Origin: a virus
Taxonomy: Duplodnaviria > Caudoviricetes
IMG/VR virus record: IMGVR_UViG_3300032134_000003
Coordinates: 1-58,320 of that record
Length of the DNA stretch: 58,320 bases
Direction: 5' to 3' (one strand)
The notes under the pieces were generated by a model. That model was given only the letters and a program-made list of their open reading frames with translations. It searched no databases and was not told the DNA's origin. A program made the position numbers and the translations under genes. Below, piece after piece: positions 37,141 through 47,281 of the stretch. Positions within the stretch are counted from its first letter, which is position 1, and each line of letters opens with the position of its first letter.

Positions 37141-37613
37141 TGGACAACGAACGCGCCCCCAGGCAGCCCAGGAAGACAGAGACTCGTGAAAGCGAGGCTC
37201 GCAGTATGTCGTGGGAGCCTGCATCGGTTCTTCCAGATCCCGATCCCCAGGACGGTTGGGTGTTCAGGTGGATACGAACATCTATGGTAGGTAGCGCAGA
37301 CAACACGAATGTTTCCAGAAAATTTCGTGAAGGCTGGGAGCCTGTTAAAGCCGAAGACCATCCAGAACTCCGGATTATGAGCGATCATAAATCGGAATGG
37401 AAAGAGAAGGGAGCGATCGAACTCGGTGGGCTATTGCTCTGCAAGCAGTCTGCGGAAAGCGTAGGCAAGAGGCGCGATTACTACGAAAGACACGCCGCCT
37501 CACAGATGCAAGCCGTCGATAACAGTTATATGCGGGAAAGCGATCCTCGGATGCCCGTTCTCCCGCCTGATCGTAAAACTCGTGTAACCTTTGGTGGTGG
37601 CGGTAAACGCTAA
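37140..37613 (+). CDS. Head-module protein
   Basis: FRWIR...REGWEPV motif; translationally coupled. Confidence 0.65.
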   Translation: MDNERAPRQPRKTETRESEARSMSWEPASVLPDPDPQDGWVFRWIRTSMVGSADNTNVSRKFREGWEPVKAEDHPELRIMSDHKSEWKEKGAIELGGLLLCKQSAESVGKRRDYYERHAASQMQAVDNSYMRESDPRMPVLPPDRKTRVTFGGGGKR

Positions 37614-37657
37614 GGTTATCTAACCAGTAATATCTGAAGTAAATTAGGAAAAATAAT

Positions 37658-38275
37658 ATGGCTACTACAGCGTCCCCATACGGGGCTAGGCCTATAGGCA
37701 CTCTTAGTGCTTCCGGGTCGTTTACTAGCAAGACGAGACACTTGCCGATTATCACTACTTACGGCACACAGATCTCCAATGGTGATTTTTGTAAGGTGGC
37801 AGCGGATGGTACTATCCAGAAGGATGCTGGCACCACTGCGCTTACCTCAGTTGGAATCTTTTTGGGTTGCTCTTACACGGACCCCACGACCAGCCAGAAG
37901 ACGTTTTCAAATTATTGGCCTGCATCGAATGCGGCCACTGACGCGATGGCGTATGTGCTGGACGATCCTTCTGTTGTTTTCCAGATGCAAGCCGACGAGG
38001 CATTGAACACTACGGATCGCGGTCTTAACGCATCTGTGGTTGTCACGGCGGGCAGTACTACTTTCGGTAAATCTAAAAACGCACTTGATGGCAGCACGCC
38101 AGCAACAACGAACACGCTGCCTCTCCGTATCATCGACTTTGTTGACGGGCCTACCAGTCTGCCTCCGAAGGGAACGACGGCAAGTGATGCTTATCCGGAT
38201 GTAATCGTGAAGTTTAACGCTGCGTCTAGCGGGTCAGCTTCTAATCATTCCTATTTGAACGCCACTGGCGTCTAA
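37658..38275 (+). CDS. Putative capsid decoration/cement protein
   Basis: Beta-rich, Thr/Ser-rich, immediately before the major capsid gene. Confidence 0.55.
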   Translation: MATTASPYGARPIGTLSASGSFTSKTRHLPIITTYGTQISNGDFCKVAADGTIQKDAGTTALTSVGIFLGCSYTDPTTSQKTFSNYWPASNAATDAMAYVLDDPSVVFQMQADEALNTTDRGLNASVVVTAGSTTFGKSKNALDGSTPATTNTLPLRIIDFVDGPTSLPPKGTTASDAYPDVIVKFNAASSGSASNHSYLNATGV

Positions 38276-38288
38276 GGGGGGTTGACTA

Positions 38289-39224
38289 ATGGCTATTTCA
38301 CGCGCACAACTTCTCAAGGAACTACTTCCGGGCCTGAACGCGCTCTTCGGAATGGAGTATGCAAATTATGATGACGAGCATACCGAAATCTACGAGACAG
38401 AAAGTTCGGATCGTTCCTTTGAAGAAGAAGTGAAGCTTTCGGGCTTCGACGCAGCACCCGTAAAGAGTGAGGGTGATGCGATTTCGTATGACGCTGCACA
38501 AGAGTCGTTCGTGGCGCGGTACAACCACGAAACTATTGCCATGGGCTTTGCCATTACGGAAGAGGCCATGGAGGACAATCTTTACGACTCACTGTCGGCT
38601 CGTTACACCAAGGCACTGGCTCGCGCCATGGCCCACACCAAGCAGGTAAAGGCTGTATTCCCGCTTAACAACGGGTTTACCGCTGCCTATCAGGGCGGCG
38701 ATGGCGTGAATCTGTTCACAGCAGATGGTGATGGCGTAACTGGTGGTGACGGTCACCCGCTCGTTTCGGGTGGCAAGAACTCCAATCGTCCGGTTACCGC
38801 TGCTGACCTCAACGAGACTTCTCTTGAGGCCGCAGTGATTCAGATTGGTAAATGGACGGACGAACGCGGTCTATTGATCGCTGCTCGCCCGAAGACTCTC
38901 GTCATCCCGCCCGACTTGCAGTTTGTGGCGACACGGGTGATGAAGACTGAGCTTCGTCCTGGGACTGCCGATAATGACATCAACGCATTGCGTTCGATGA
39001 ATATTATTTCGGGAGGTACGGTTGTGAATCACTATCTAACGGACACGGATGCGTGGTTCCTTCTGACGGATATCCCAGACGGAATGAAGCACTTTAGGCG
39101 CGTGGCCCTGGAAACGAGCATGGACGGTGACTTTGATACCGGAAATGTTCGCTACAAGGCTCGCGAGCGTTACAGCTTTGGCGTCTCTGATCCCCTTGGG
39201 ATCTGGGGTTCGCCCGGAGCGTAG
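38289..39224 (+). CDS. Major capsid protein
   Basis: MAISRAQLLKELLPGLNALFG...YKARERYSFG..DP.G..GSPG; 311 aa followed by a terminator. Confidence 0.9.
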   Translation: MAISRAQLLKELLPGLNALFGMEYANYDDEHTEIYETESSDRSFEEEVKLSGFDAAPVKSEGDAISYDAAQESFVARYNHETIAMGFAITEEAMEDNLYDSLSARYTKALARAMAHTKQVKAVFPLNNGFTAAYQGGDGVNLFTADGDGVTGGDGHPLVSGGKNSNRPVTAADLNETSLEAAVIQIGKWTDERGLLIAARPKTLVIPPDLQFVATRVMKTELRPGTADNDINALRSMNIISGGTVVNHYLTDTDAWFLLTDIPDGMKHFRRVALETSMDGDFDTGNVRYKARERYSFGVSDPLGIWGSPGA

Positions 39225-39229
39225 TAAGT

Positions 39230-39277
39230 GGGGGGTGGGGACGGTCCCGTATTGGGGCCGTTCCTGCCTCTTCTTTT
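39230..39277 (+). terminator. Terminator after the major capsid gene
   Basis: GC-rich stem (ACGGTCCC/GGGGCCGT core) followed by TTCTTTT. Confidence 0.6.
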
Positions 39278-39326
39278 CCCTGACTATCAATTTATTGATA
39301 GACACTAGCCACGACAGGAGAAACTA

Positions 39327-39854
39327 ATGGCTAACACAACTTTTTCAGGTCCAGTACGGTCGGAAAACGGATTCCAATCCGTTGATAGGAGCGGCACAAC
39401 TGGTGCCATTACTACTAGGGTGGTTCTAGGTAAGGGTGTCGGACACGCTTCAGGCGTTACGGTTAATACCACAGCAGGCGATAGCTCCGCTATCGGTGAG
39501 TTTACCCAGCCAGCCAACACTGTCATCACCGCAATCAAAATTGTGTGTATCACCGCTCCGGTTATCGGAACGGGAGACATTGGGCTTGAGGTTGGAACAT
39601 CAAGTTCCGGTGCCCAGATTGTTGCGGCGATCACCGATCATATCCTAGACGGCGGCACGACTGTCGTTGTTGGCAATGTCGTAGATTGCACACTGGTAGG
39701 CACAACGCATAGTGGTACTACGGCTCCGGTATCGCCTCAGTACACTGGTTCCGAGCGGACGGTTTACTGCAATATTACAAACACTGTAGATGCTACCACT
39801 GCGGGATCGTTCACATTCATTATCGAATATGTTACGACTGCGTCGCTGTCCTAA
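39327..39854 (+). CDS. Virion structural protein
   Basis: MANTTFSGPVRSENGF start, beta-rich, AGGAG RBS. Confidence 0.6.
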   Translation: MANTTFSGPVRSENGFQSVDRSGTTGAITTRVVLGKGVGHASGVTVNTTAGDSSAIGEFTQPANTVITAIKIVCITAPVIGTGDIGLEVGTSSSGAQIVAAITDHILDGGTTVVVGNVVDCTLVGTTHSGTTAPVSPQYTGSERTVYCNITNTVDATTAGSFTFIIEYVTTASLS

Positions 39855-39865
39855 CATGACAAACT

Positions 39866-39907
39866 GAGATAGGCCGCCCATCTAAATGGGTGGGCGGTTC
39901 TTATCTC
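39866..39907 (+). terminator. Long intergenic hairpin
   Basis: GAGATAGG-CCGCCCATCT...GGGTGGGCGG-CTTATCTC. Confidence 0.5.
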
Positions 39908-39952
39908 CTATTGCAAGCGGGGCAGGAGTCCTGTCCTTGCGGGGAGAATTAG

Positions 39953-40348
39953 ATGGCTGATGCAGTAACGTCCCAAACGATCCAAGACGGCGACCGTATT
40001 GCTGTTTTGAAGTTCACCAACATTTCTGATGGTTCTGGTGAAGCCGCAGTTAAAAAGATTGACGTATCCGCACTCCAAGCGGAGTCTGGTACAGGCAAAG
40101 CCTGCGCCAAGGTAGCCATTGAGCAGATGTGGTACGACTGCTCTGGCATGACTGTTGACATTCTGTGGGACGCCAGCACCGATGTGATTTGCTGGACACT
40201 GAGTGGCTATGGTTTCTATGACTGGCGACAGGCTGGTCCCCTCGTGAATAACGCCTCTAGTCCTACTGGGGATGTTATGTTCACCACTACCGGCCACTCA
40301 AGCGGTGATCGCTATACCGTGATGGTGGCCGTAAGGAAGAGTTACTAA
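39953..40348 (+). CDS. Virion structural protein
   Basis: GGGGAG RBS; beta-rich; structural module context. Confidence 0.6.
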   Translation: MADAVTSQTIQDGDRIAVLKFTNISDGSGEAAVKKIDVSALQAESGTGKACAKVAIEQMWYDCSGMTVDILWDASTDVICWTLSGYGFYDWRQAGPLVNNASSPTGDVMFTTTGHSSGDRYTVMVAVRKSY

Positions 40349-40591
40349 ATGTCTTCTAATGCGGAGAGGGAGCGGGCTAAGGCCATCGCCGCGAGCTACG
40401 CCTCTGGCGGATTAATTAGTGGCGATATGCTAAAAAAAATATTAATCAAGAATACGAACCTTGCTGACCTATCTCACATGAGGTCCCAGGGGATGGTTGG
40501 CAATGGGTCCAAGCTGGCCAAGGGTGGCGTTGTTCCCTACAAGGAGTCTGTACGCAAGAAGTTCGGGTATTCTGATCTGGACTCAGACTGA
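40349..40591 (+). CDS. Small basic protein with xxGG motifs
   Basis: YASGG and LAKGG; coupled to neighbours. Confidence 0.55.
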   Translation: MSSNAERERAKAIAASYASGGLISGDMLKKILIKNTNLADLSHMRSQGMVGNGSKLAKGGVVPYKESVRKKFGYSDLDSD

Positions 40592-41268
40592 TGGCTACAT
40601 CTGGAACTTCTGCGTTCAACCTTGATGTTTCAGAGGTCGTAGAAGAGGCATTTGAGCGGTGCGGGCTTCAGTCAAAGACGGGCTATGATATGGATACGGC
40701 CCGTAGATCACTGAACCTCCTGTCCCTTGAGTGGACGAATCGTGGCTTAAACTTCTGGACCGTGGAGCAAGGAACCGCTACCGCATCAGACGGTGTTTCC
40801 ACGATTACGCTACCAGCAGATACTATAGACTTGATCCAGTACTGGATTCGTGATGGGTCTGGCACCACGCAGAGCGACCTGCCTATATCGCGATTTAGTG
40901 TGTCGCAGTACTCCACGATCCCGAATAAGCTTACTGAGGGGAGACCCGTAAACCTGTATATCGACAAGCAGCGTGACGCCCCAGTTGTCTACCTGTGGCC
41001 CACACCCAACAAAGACTATACGTTCGTTTATCAGCGCATTAGGCGTATTGAGGATACGGGCATTGCAGGGTCAAACAACGCTGACATTCCCGCCCGCTTC
41101 CTACCTGCGCTTGTGTCCGGCCTGGCGTATCTCATATCACAGAAGTACCCAGAAGCATTTGCGCGATCTGCCGAACTCAAAGCTGAATACGAATTCCAAT
41201 GGCAATTAGCAGAGCAAGAAGATCGTGACCGCGCCTCAGTGCATTTTGTGCCTGGAGGGTATAGCTGA
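40591..41268 (+). CDS. Head-tail adaptor-like protein
   Basis: EEAFERCG...ARRSLNL...YLWPTP...LVSGLAY helical adaptor pattern. Confidence 0.6.
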   Translation: MATSGTSAFNLDVSEVVEEAFERCGLQSKTGYDMDTARRSLNLLSLEWTNRGLNFWTVEQGTATASDGVSTITLPADTIDLIQYWIRDGSGTTQSDLPISRFSVSQYSTIPNKLTEGRPVNLYIDKQRDAPVVYLWPTPNKDYTFVYQRIRRIEDTGIAGSNNADIPARFLPALVSGLAYLISQKYPEAFARSAELKAEYEFQWQLAEQEDRDRASVHFVPGGYS

Positions 41269-41603
41269 TGGCCAAGTATGCTGCTGGCAAGTACGCCTTT
41301 GGGTTCTGCGACCGCACTGGGTTTCGTTATAAGCTCAAGGATCTGGTCCCGCAGGTTAAGGCTGGCCGCATGACGGGCCTGATGGTTGGTAAGGATATGC
41401 TAGACCAAGATCAGCCCCAGAACTTTCTCGGCAGGCTGGGTGATTATGCTGACCCACAGGCCCTTAAGGACCCACGCCCTGATTTGTCACAGGACACTAG
41501 CAGGCGATTGTCTGCGTTTGATCCCGTAGGGAATGGAAACGCAGGCGGAGCGGGAAACATCTTGGCACATGGACAGGCGGGAAGGGTGACGGTGACTACA
41601 TGA
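41268..41603 (+). CDS. Hypothetical protein
   Basis: CDRTGFRY...DPQAL.DPRPD; coupled. Confidence 0.6.
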   Translation: MAKYAAGKYAFGFCDRTGFRYKLKDLVPQVKAGRMTGLMVGKDMLDQDQPQNFLGRLGDYADPQALKDPRPDLSQDTSRRLSAFDPVGNGNAGGAGNILAHGQAGRVTVTT

Positions 41604-42232
41604 CCTATGCTGAATTGACTGCGGCCATTAAGGATTATTGCCAGAATACGGAAACAAGTTTCGTGGCTGCGATTGATACTTTTATCAAGCAGGCTGAAGG
41701 ACGCATCTATCGTTCGGTTAACTTGCCGGTTAATCGGAAAAATGTTGCTGGCACGATCACTGACGGAAACCAATACCTGTCGATGCCTACGGACTTTCTT
41801 TTTCCGTTGTCGTTATCCCTAACAAGCTCCAGTAATCAAATCTTTTTGTTGAACAAGGATGCAAATTTTATTCGGGCTACCTACCCCAATGCGTCTACCG
41901 AAGGGGTGCCGAAGTATTACGGTGTATTTGACAGCGATACGTTTATTGTTGGCCCTACGCCGAATGCCGATTTTGTCACAGAGCTTCATTATTATTATCA
42001 GCCAGCCTCAATTGTTGACACAAGCCCTTCGTGGCTAGGCACCAATGCGGATACTGTGCTGCTTTATGGCTCCCTGATAGAGGCATACACCTACATGAAG
42101 GGTGATGCGGACATAATGCAGTTGTATCAGCAGAGGTATCAGGAGGCATTGGATCTTCTCAAGATGCAGGCAGAAGGACGTATGACTGTTGATGAATACA
42201 GGAATGGGACCATCAGGGTGCCAGTCAACTAA
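41600..42232 (+). CDS. Tail adaptor/tubular A-like protein
   Basis: MTYAEL..AI.DY...FI.QAE.RI...GPTP...LLYGSL.EA pattern. Confidence 0.6.
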   Translation: MTYAELTAAIKDYCQNTETSFVAAIDTFIKQAEGRIYRSVNLPVNRKNVAGTITDGNQYLSMPTDFLFPLSLSLTSSSNQIFLLNKDANFIRATYPNASTEGVPKYYGVFDSDTFIVGPTPNADFVTELHYYYQPASIVDTSPSWLGTNADTVLLYGSLIEAYTYMKGDADIMQLYQQRYQEALDLLKMQAEGRMTVDEYRNGTIRVPVN

Positions 42233-42510
42233 TGTTTATCGCGGAAGTAGGAAGCGTCAGCGTCGTGACAAGCAACGACACAACCCTTGGCCCAGATCAT
42301 TGGGCGAGGCGGGCGTCTGATCAGGTCATGTCTGTTGGCAAGGACGCGCACCCCTTGATAGCAGAGCAGGCGTTGGAGTTTAAGGGGTTTATTGAGAAGG
42401 CGGTAAGGTATTATATGTACGAAGCAATCAAGGAAGATCGTTCTAGGATCGTTACCCTGCTGCGTTCAGCAGGCCATAACGACCTGGCTAACTCCGTGGA
42501 GAAGTTGTAA
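42232..42510 (+). CDS. Hypothetical protein
   Basis: Coupled ORF in the tail module. Confidence 0.6.
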   Translation: MFIAEVGSVSVVTSNDTTLGPDHWARRASDQVMSVGKDAHPLIAEQALEFKGFIEKAVRYYMYEAIKEDRSRIVTLLRSAGHNDLANSVEKL

Positions 42511-42941
42511 TGGCTATTACACAGGCAATGTGTACGTCTTTCAAGAAGGAACTAATGGAGGCGAAACATAATTTCCTTAATTCGGGTGGCAATACGTTTA
42601 AGATTGCGCTTTATACGAGTAGCGCGACCATGAGCGCAGCCACTACAGCGTATTCCTCAACTAATGAAATCAGTGGCACGAACTACACTGCTAAAGGAAA
42701 TACGCTAACGCGGGTAGACCCCTCCAGTAGCGGCACTACCGCTCTTACGGACTTTGCCGATACCTCGTGGTCTACCGCAACATTTACTGCTAGAGGGGCT
42801 TTGATTTTTAACGAAGATACCAGTGGTGATACGTCTGTTCTTGTCTTGGACTTTGGTGCGGACAAGACTGCGACTGCTGGTACGTTTACTATCGCTTTCC
42901 CTGCGGCAGATGCGAGTAACGCAATTATTCGCATAGCGTAG
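42510..42941 (+). CDS. Tail-associated structural protein
   Basis: FKIALYTS...LDFGADKT.T.GTFTI.FP pattern. Confidence 0.6.
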   Translation: MAITQAMCTSFKKELMEAKHNFLNSGGNTFKIALYTSSATMSAATTAYSSTNEISGTNYTAKGNTLTRVDPSSSGTTALTDFADTSWSTATFTARGALIFNEDTSGDTSVLVLDFGADKTATAGTFTIAFPAADASNAIIRIA

Positions 42942-42942
42942 T

Positions 42943-43707
42943 ATGGCAAACGTAACTGGCTGGGGTCGTTCTACTTGGGGCTCTGAGACTTGGGGCCAGC
43001 CTGTACCCATTGAGGTAACAGGTATAGCGGCAACTGGTGGTGTTGGAAGCGTTACGGTAACGGGTGCATCAAATGTTACGGTGACGGGAGTAGCTGCAAC
43101 GGGTGCCGTGACTTCGGTATCTGTTTCAGCAGACGCCAACCTTGCAGTCACGGGGGTGTTGGCAACGGGGTCAGTAGGAAGTGTTACCGTAACAGGTACG
43201 GCAAATGTTGCGCTAACGGGAATAGCAGGAACGGGCGCGGTTAGCTCAGTAGCAGTAACAGGTGATGCAAATCTCACGGTCACAGGAGTGGCAGGGACAA
43301 GCGCACTTGGTTCGGTGGCAGTAACGGTTGATGCGAATATTGCCCTGACTGGAATTGCTGCGACTGGCGGGTTGAGTTCGGTGACGGTGACAGGGGATGG
43401 GAGTGTCACTGTTACTGGGCTGGCAGGAACGAGTACGGCAGGAAGCGTTACGACGAGCGTGAGTCAAGATATCGACGTAACGGGCGTAGTAGGGACCATG
43501 GGGATAACTGGAGTCAATATATGGAGTATTATAGATGACTCGCAGACACCTAATTGGTCGGAAGTATCTGACTCACAGACACCTAATTGGGCGGCAATAG
43601 ATGACTCACAGACACCAAGTTGGTCGGAAGTATCTGACTCACAGGCACCAAGTTGGTCAGAGGTATCTGACTCGCAGACACCTGACTGGGTGCCCGTGCC
43701 CTCGTAA
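42943..43707 (+). CDS. Repetitive tail fibre/appendage protein
   Basis: About seven 22-aa repeats (VTGxAxTGxVxSVxVxxxANxx) and five 11-aa DSQTPxW repeats. Confidence 0.65.
   Translation: MANVTGWGRSTWGSETWGQPVPIEVTGIAATGGVGSVTVTGASNVTVTGVAATGAVTSVSVSADANLAVTGVLATGSVGSVTVTGTANVALTGIAGTGAVSSVAVTGDANLTVTGVAGTSALGSVAVTVDANIALTGIAATGGLSSVTVTGDGSVTVTGLAGTSTAGSVTTSVSQDIDVTGVVGTMGITGVNIWSIIDDSQTPNWSEVSDSQTPNWAAIDDSQTPSWSEVSDSQAPSWSEVSDSQTPDWVPVPS
43537..43701 (+). repeat. 33-bp tandem repeat x5
   Basis: Encodes DSQ(T/A)PxWxxxx units. Confidence 0.8.
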
Positions 43708-43734
43708 TGATTCTGCCAGAGATAGGAAAGAAAC

Positions 43735-45867
43735 ATGGCAACATATGTAAATAATTTGCGGCTAAAGGAAATTGCTACAGGTGCCGAATCGGGTACTTGG
43801 GGCACCTCCACCAATACGAACCTAGAGCTTATAGCAGATGCTCTTGGTTCTGGTACGGAGGCAATTACGACTAACGCCGATACTCATACTACGACTATTG
43901 CAGATGGTGCTGCTGACGAAGGCCGTGCCCTATTTCTGAAATACACAGGAACACTGGACTCTGCTTGCACCATTACGCTGGCACCGAATACCGTCAATAA
44001 GATGTGGTTCATTGAGAATGCTACAAGCGGATCTCAGAACATCATCATCAGCCAAGGCTCTGGTGCTAATATTACAATAGCCAGCGGCAAAATTGCTGTG
44101 ATATACACCGATGGCGCGGGATCAGGCGCTGCTGTTCTTGATGCGCTTGCAGACCTAGAACTAAGCAGCACCCTGAGTGTGGCGGGTGCGACCACGCTTA
44201 CAGGCGTTACCACGCACGGCGGCAATGTAGTATCTGACACCGATAGCACGGATGATTTAGGTACTACGGGGGTCCGCTGGGCAAATCTTTATGTAGACGA
44301 TGTTGTGGCAACGACAACCGTCAAACCCGGAACCCTAGTTCTAGCGGCTGGCTCAATTACCGATACATCAGGTGCCATCACGTTCGGTAACGAGAATCTA
44401 GTTACCACGGGTACACTAGGGAGCGGAGCCCTAACTGCTAGTACGATTGCCGGTACAGATATCACGGCCTCTGGCGATGTCATCATCGGAACCAATCCAG
44501 CATCTTCTGGCGACATCAGGCTCAACAAAGACTTTCAAGTATATACCCGTAACAACGCCAACGATGCGAACAAAGTGGTGATGGGTGAAAATGTCGTAAC
44601 AGGCAATGACACTTTGGATATCGGGGACAACACCAAATGGGCCGCTATTCGTTTCCATGTATCAGTTGCCAACGTGATGGAGCTTACGCAGACAGCCATC
44701 AACCTCAACAAGGCGGTCACAGCCTCTTCCACTCTGGCAGTCACGGGCGACGCGACCGTCACAGCCGATGTGATCCTTGGCACCAACAATACGTCGAAAC
44801 TTATAGGGATCAACACTTCGGGCGCTGAGACAGATTTAGTTTATCTGGACAATGCGAACGATGTTTCCCTTGGTGGTGGAGGCAACAGTGTAACTATGGC
44901 GGGCGACCTCAAGCTGGCCGCCACCAAGAAGCTCTACCTCGACGGCGGCGGCGACACCTACATCATAGAAACTGGCACTAATGCGGTTGATGTGTTTACC
45001 GGAGGCACCGCCAGATTGAGAATAGAGAACGGGCACATCGCCATTCCGGCTACCAACAAGTTTTACCTCGACGGCGGCGGGAACACCTACATCGTAGAAG
45101 AGTCGGCTGATGATCTGCATTTTGTCACTGGCGGAACTGCGCGTCTGACCATCGCGGCAGATGGTAAAACACACGTTAACGGAGGCACGGCTGCTGCGTA
45201 TCCTGCGGCGGGCTTCGCGACGTTCTGGACTACCGCAGACCAATATGCGGCCAACTTCCGACATGACGGAAACGCCACTACAAGTGTGGGTATCAGTATT
45301 ATTTGTGGTGCAGATGACGCCGCTGGCACCAACACTGCCGTTTCCATCTTATCGGGTAATGGCACTACGCAGGGAACCATCACCTTCACTTCTGGAACCG
45401 TTAGTTACAACGCCTTCACTGCTGGTCACGACGCATCACTCCCAGTTGGCGAAACAGCTTACGCCTACGGGACGCTGGTGGAGATTGTTGAGATTTATTA
45501 CAAGCAAGAAGACGGACAGGACATGGAGCGCGGCATCCTCTACAAGGTGCAGAAATCTCAGTCGGCTTACGCCAAGAACGTCTTGGGTGCCTACTCCGGT
45601 CAGTACACAGAATCAGTAGTAGATGACGAAAACCTCCACCAAATCTATTGCTTGGGTGACGGACATATTATTTGTAACGGTGAGAACGGCGACATCGAAG
45701 TGGGTGATGGGATTTGCACCTCATCAACGGAAGGCGAAGGCATGAAGGCCGATCAGCTTTCCATGATTATCGGGATGGCCCAAGAGGATACGAGCTTCAG
45801 CAGTGCCTCAGAAACTAAGCTTGTTCCAGTCCAATACGGCCTGAAACAATTCCAGCCTTGGAGCTAA
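43735..45867 (+). CDS. Tail fibre with putative C-terminal autocleaving chaperone domain
   Basis: Thr/Gly-rich, internal duplicated YLDGGGxTYIxE module, FTAGH then GD.I.TS..EG.GMKA C-terminal domain. Confidence 0.75.
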   Translation: MATYVNNLRLKEIATGAESGTWGTSTNTNLELIADALGSGTEAITTNADTHTTTIADGAADEGRALFLKYTGTLDSACTITLAPNTVNKMWFIENATSGSQNIIISQGSGANITIASGKIAVIYTDGAGSGAAVLDALADLELSSTLSVAGATTLTGVTTHGGNVVSDTDSTDDLGTTGVRWANLYVDDVVATTTVKPGTLVLAAGSITDTSGAITFGNENLVTTGTLGSGALTASTIAGTDITASGDVIIGTNPASSGDIRLNKDFQVYTRNNANDANKVVMGENVVTGNDTLDIGDNTKWAAIRFHVSVANVMELTQTAINLNKAVTASSTLAVTGDATVTADVILGTNNTSKLIGINTSGAETDLVYLDNANDVSLGGGGNSVTMAGDLKLAATKKLYLDGGGDTYIIETGTNAVDVFTGGTARLRIENGHIAIPATNKFYLDGGGNTYIVEESADDLHFVTGGTARLTIAADGKTHVNGGTAAAYPAAGFATFWTTADQYAANFRHDGNATTSVGISIICGADDAAGTNTAVSILSGNGTTQGTITFTSGTVSYNAFTAGHDASLPVGETAYAYGTLVEIVEIYYKQEDGQDMERGILYKVQKSQSAYAKNVLGAYSGQYTESVVDDENLHQIYCLGDGHIICNGENGDIEVGDGICTSSTEGEGMKADQLSMIIGMAQEDTSFSSASETKLVPVQYGLKQFQPWS

Positions 45868-45935
45868 CAGCGACTGACCACTAGGGTCATTGAGCTAGAA
45901 TCCACAGTTCAGTAACTATAAGAAGGACGAAGCAA

Positions 45936-46268
45936 ATGAGGATCTTCAAGCTAGACACAGCAGTTGATGGGTACACCCACGGCGAGGTTTACGATGAGAG
46001 GCGAGAACACTCTGCCGGGATGCTGGTGGTCGCATTTCACTACGGCACGATGGACGGGAAGGACTTCATCCCCTCATCTCTCGGGAATCGTGGGTCGCTG
46101 ACGATGAGCGTAGAGGACATGACAGATCTGCGAGATGCCACGACGGGTCGCCCAGCGGATCTCCCGGCCTATGAGTACAGGACGGAGGATGTTATTGAGT
46201 TTCTCCCAACGCTGAAGGTTGCGAGAGAAGCTCGGGCAGCCGCAGCAGAAGCAGCAGAAGAGGGGTAG
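45936..46268 (+). CDS. Hypothetical protein (possible fibre assembly factor)
   Basis: AAGGA RBS; follows the fibre gene. Confidence 0.55.
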   Translation: MRIFKLDTAVDGYTHGEVYDERREHSAGMLVVAFHYGTMDGKDFIPSSLGNRGSLTMSVEDMTDLRDATTGRPADLPAYEYRTEDVIEFLPTLKVAREARAAAAEAAEEG

Positions 46269-46289
46269 TATGATTGAGATTCCGACCTG

Positions 46290-46631
46290 ATGACGCCGGA
46301 AGCAATTAAGGAGTCAGCTAACGTCAGCTTCTCTTTGAGCTTTTTGCTGCAACTTGTTGGGATACTGATGGCGGGGGTATGGGGATACTCACAACTTGAC
46401 GCCCGCATATCAACGATAGCCAACGCCTCTGTGCAACACACTGAGGGAATTGAAAGAATTGAGACTTCGATGGAAAAAAATCAGGATGCCCCAATTAGCT
46501 CAGACCACATCCAGAACACAAAGCTGAACTGGTTAGAATCTGTTAATATTGATATGCTGACGCGGTTGGATAGAATGGAGGTGAGGATGTATGAAATGAG
46601 GGGCGAGATAAGGGGTGGCAATGGATCCTGA
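46290..46631 (+). CDS. Membrane protein with coiled coil
   Basis: One hydrophobic helix, then heptad repeats. Confidence 0.55.
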   Translation: MTPEAIKESANVSFSLSFLLQLVGILMAGVWGYSQLDARISTIANASVQHTEGIERIETSMEKNQDAPISSDHIQNTKLNWLESVNIDMLTRLDRMEVRMYEMRGEIRGGNGS

Positions 46632-46848
46632 CATGACTGCCTTGATTACACTGCTCTCTGGCCCCCTAGTGCCTATCCTAGCGGCTGGCGCTGCCTATGG
46701 AGGGGTCAAGGTGGGCCTAAACGGGCTAAGGGCTACAGCAAAAGAACTGGAGAGATTGTGCCAGAAACTTGATGACCGTCTGGATCTTCATTCAGAGCGA
46801 ATTACAAAGCTTGAAGTACAGACGGAAGAGCGTACTGGGCGAAAATAA
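46621..46848 (+). CDS. Small membrane protein with coiled coil
   Basis: Hydrophobic N-half, then LD.H.ERITKLE. Confidence 0.55.
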   Translation: MDPDMTALITLLSGPLVPILAAGAAYGGVKVGLNGLRATAKELERLCQKLDDRLDLHSERITKLEVQTEERTGRK

Positions 46849-46972
46849 GCAGGGCGTTGCCCAAGTTGAATTGATCGTCAACAGATCCAACGACACGATG
46901 AGTCTACATGGAGAGTGTTTTGCGTCGATTGAAACGGAAATCAAAAACCTTAAATACAAAAAAAGGGTTACC

Positions 46973-47276
46973 AATGCCGAATAACGAAGAAAATAAAAGT
47001 ACTTCTGAAAGTGAGCCCGTGGATGCAAAGGCGAATGGCCAACTTACCAGAGATATTTGTTTTTCTTTAGAGCAGGCCAATTTAGCTAAAAGCTTGCTTC
47101 AGGCCGTAAACGAGTCTCGTGATGTACACGTTAATGCTCAGTCCAGATGGGAAGCCTTTCTCGTAGGTGTAGGTATGCGTCCCGGCGATGAGATTGTCGG
47201 TGGTGACCTAGACAGTAATGATCGGAATAAGCGTTGCTTGACGATTAAGATGAGCAACGGTATCGCTAAGGAATAA
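46973..47276 (+). CDS. Hypothetical protein
   Basis: ATG (MPNNEE) with AAGGG upstream. Confidence 0.55.
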
Positions 47277-47281
47277 CGGCT

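Noticed and set aside
43735-45915. Diversity-generating retroelement targeting the tail fibre
   Set aside because: No reverse transcriptase and no template/variable repeat pair seen
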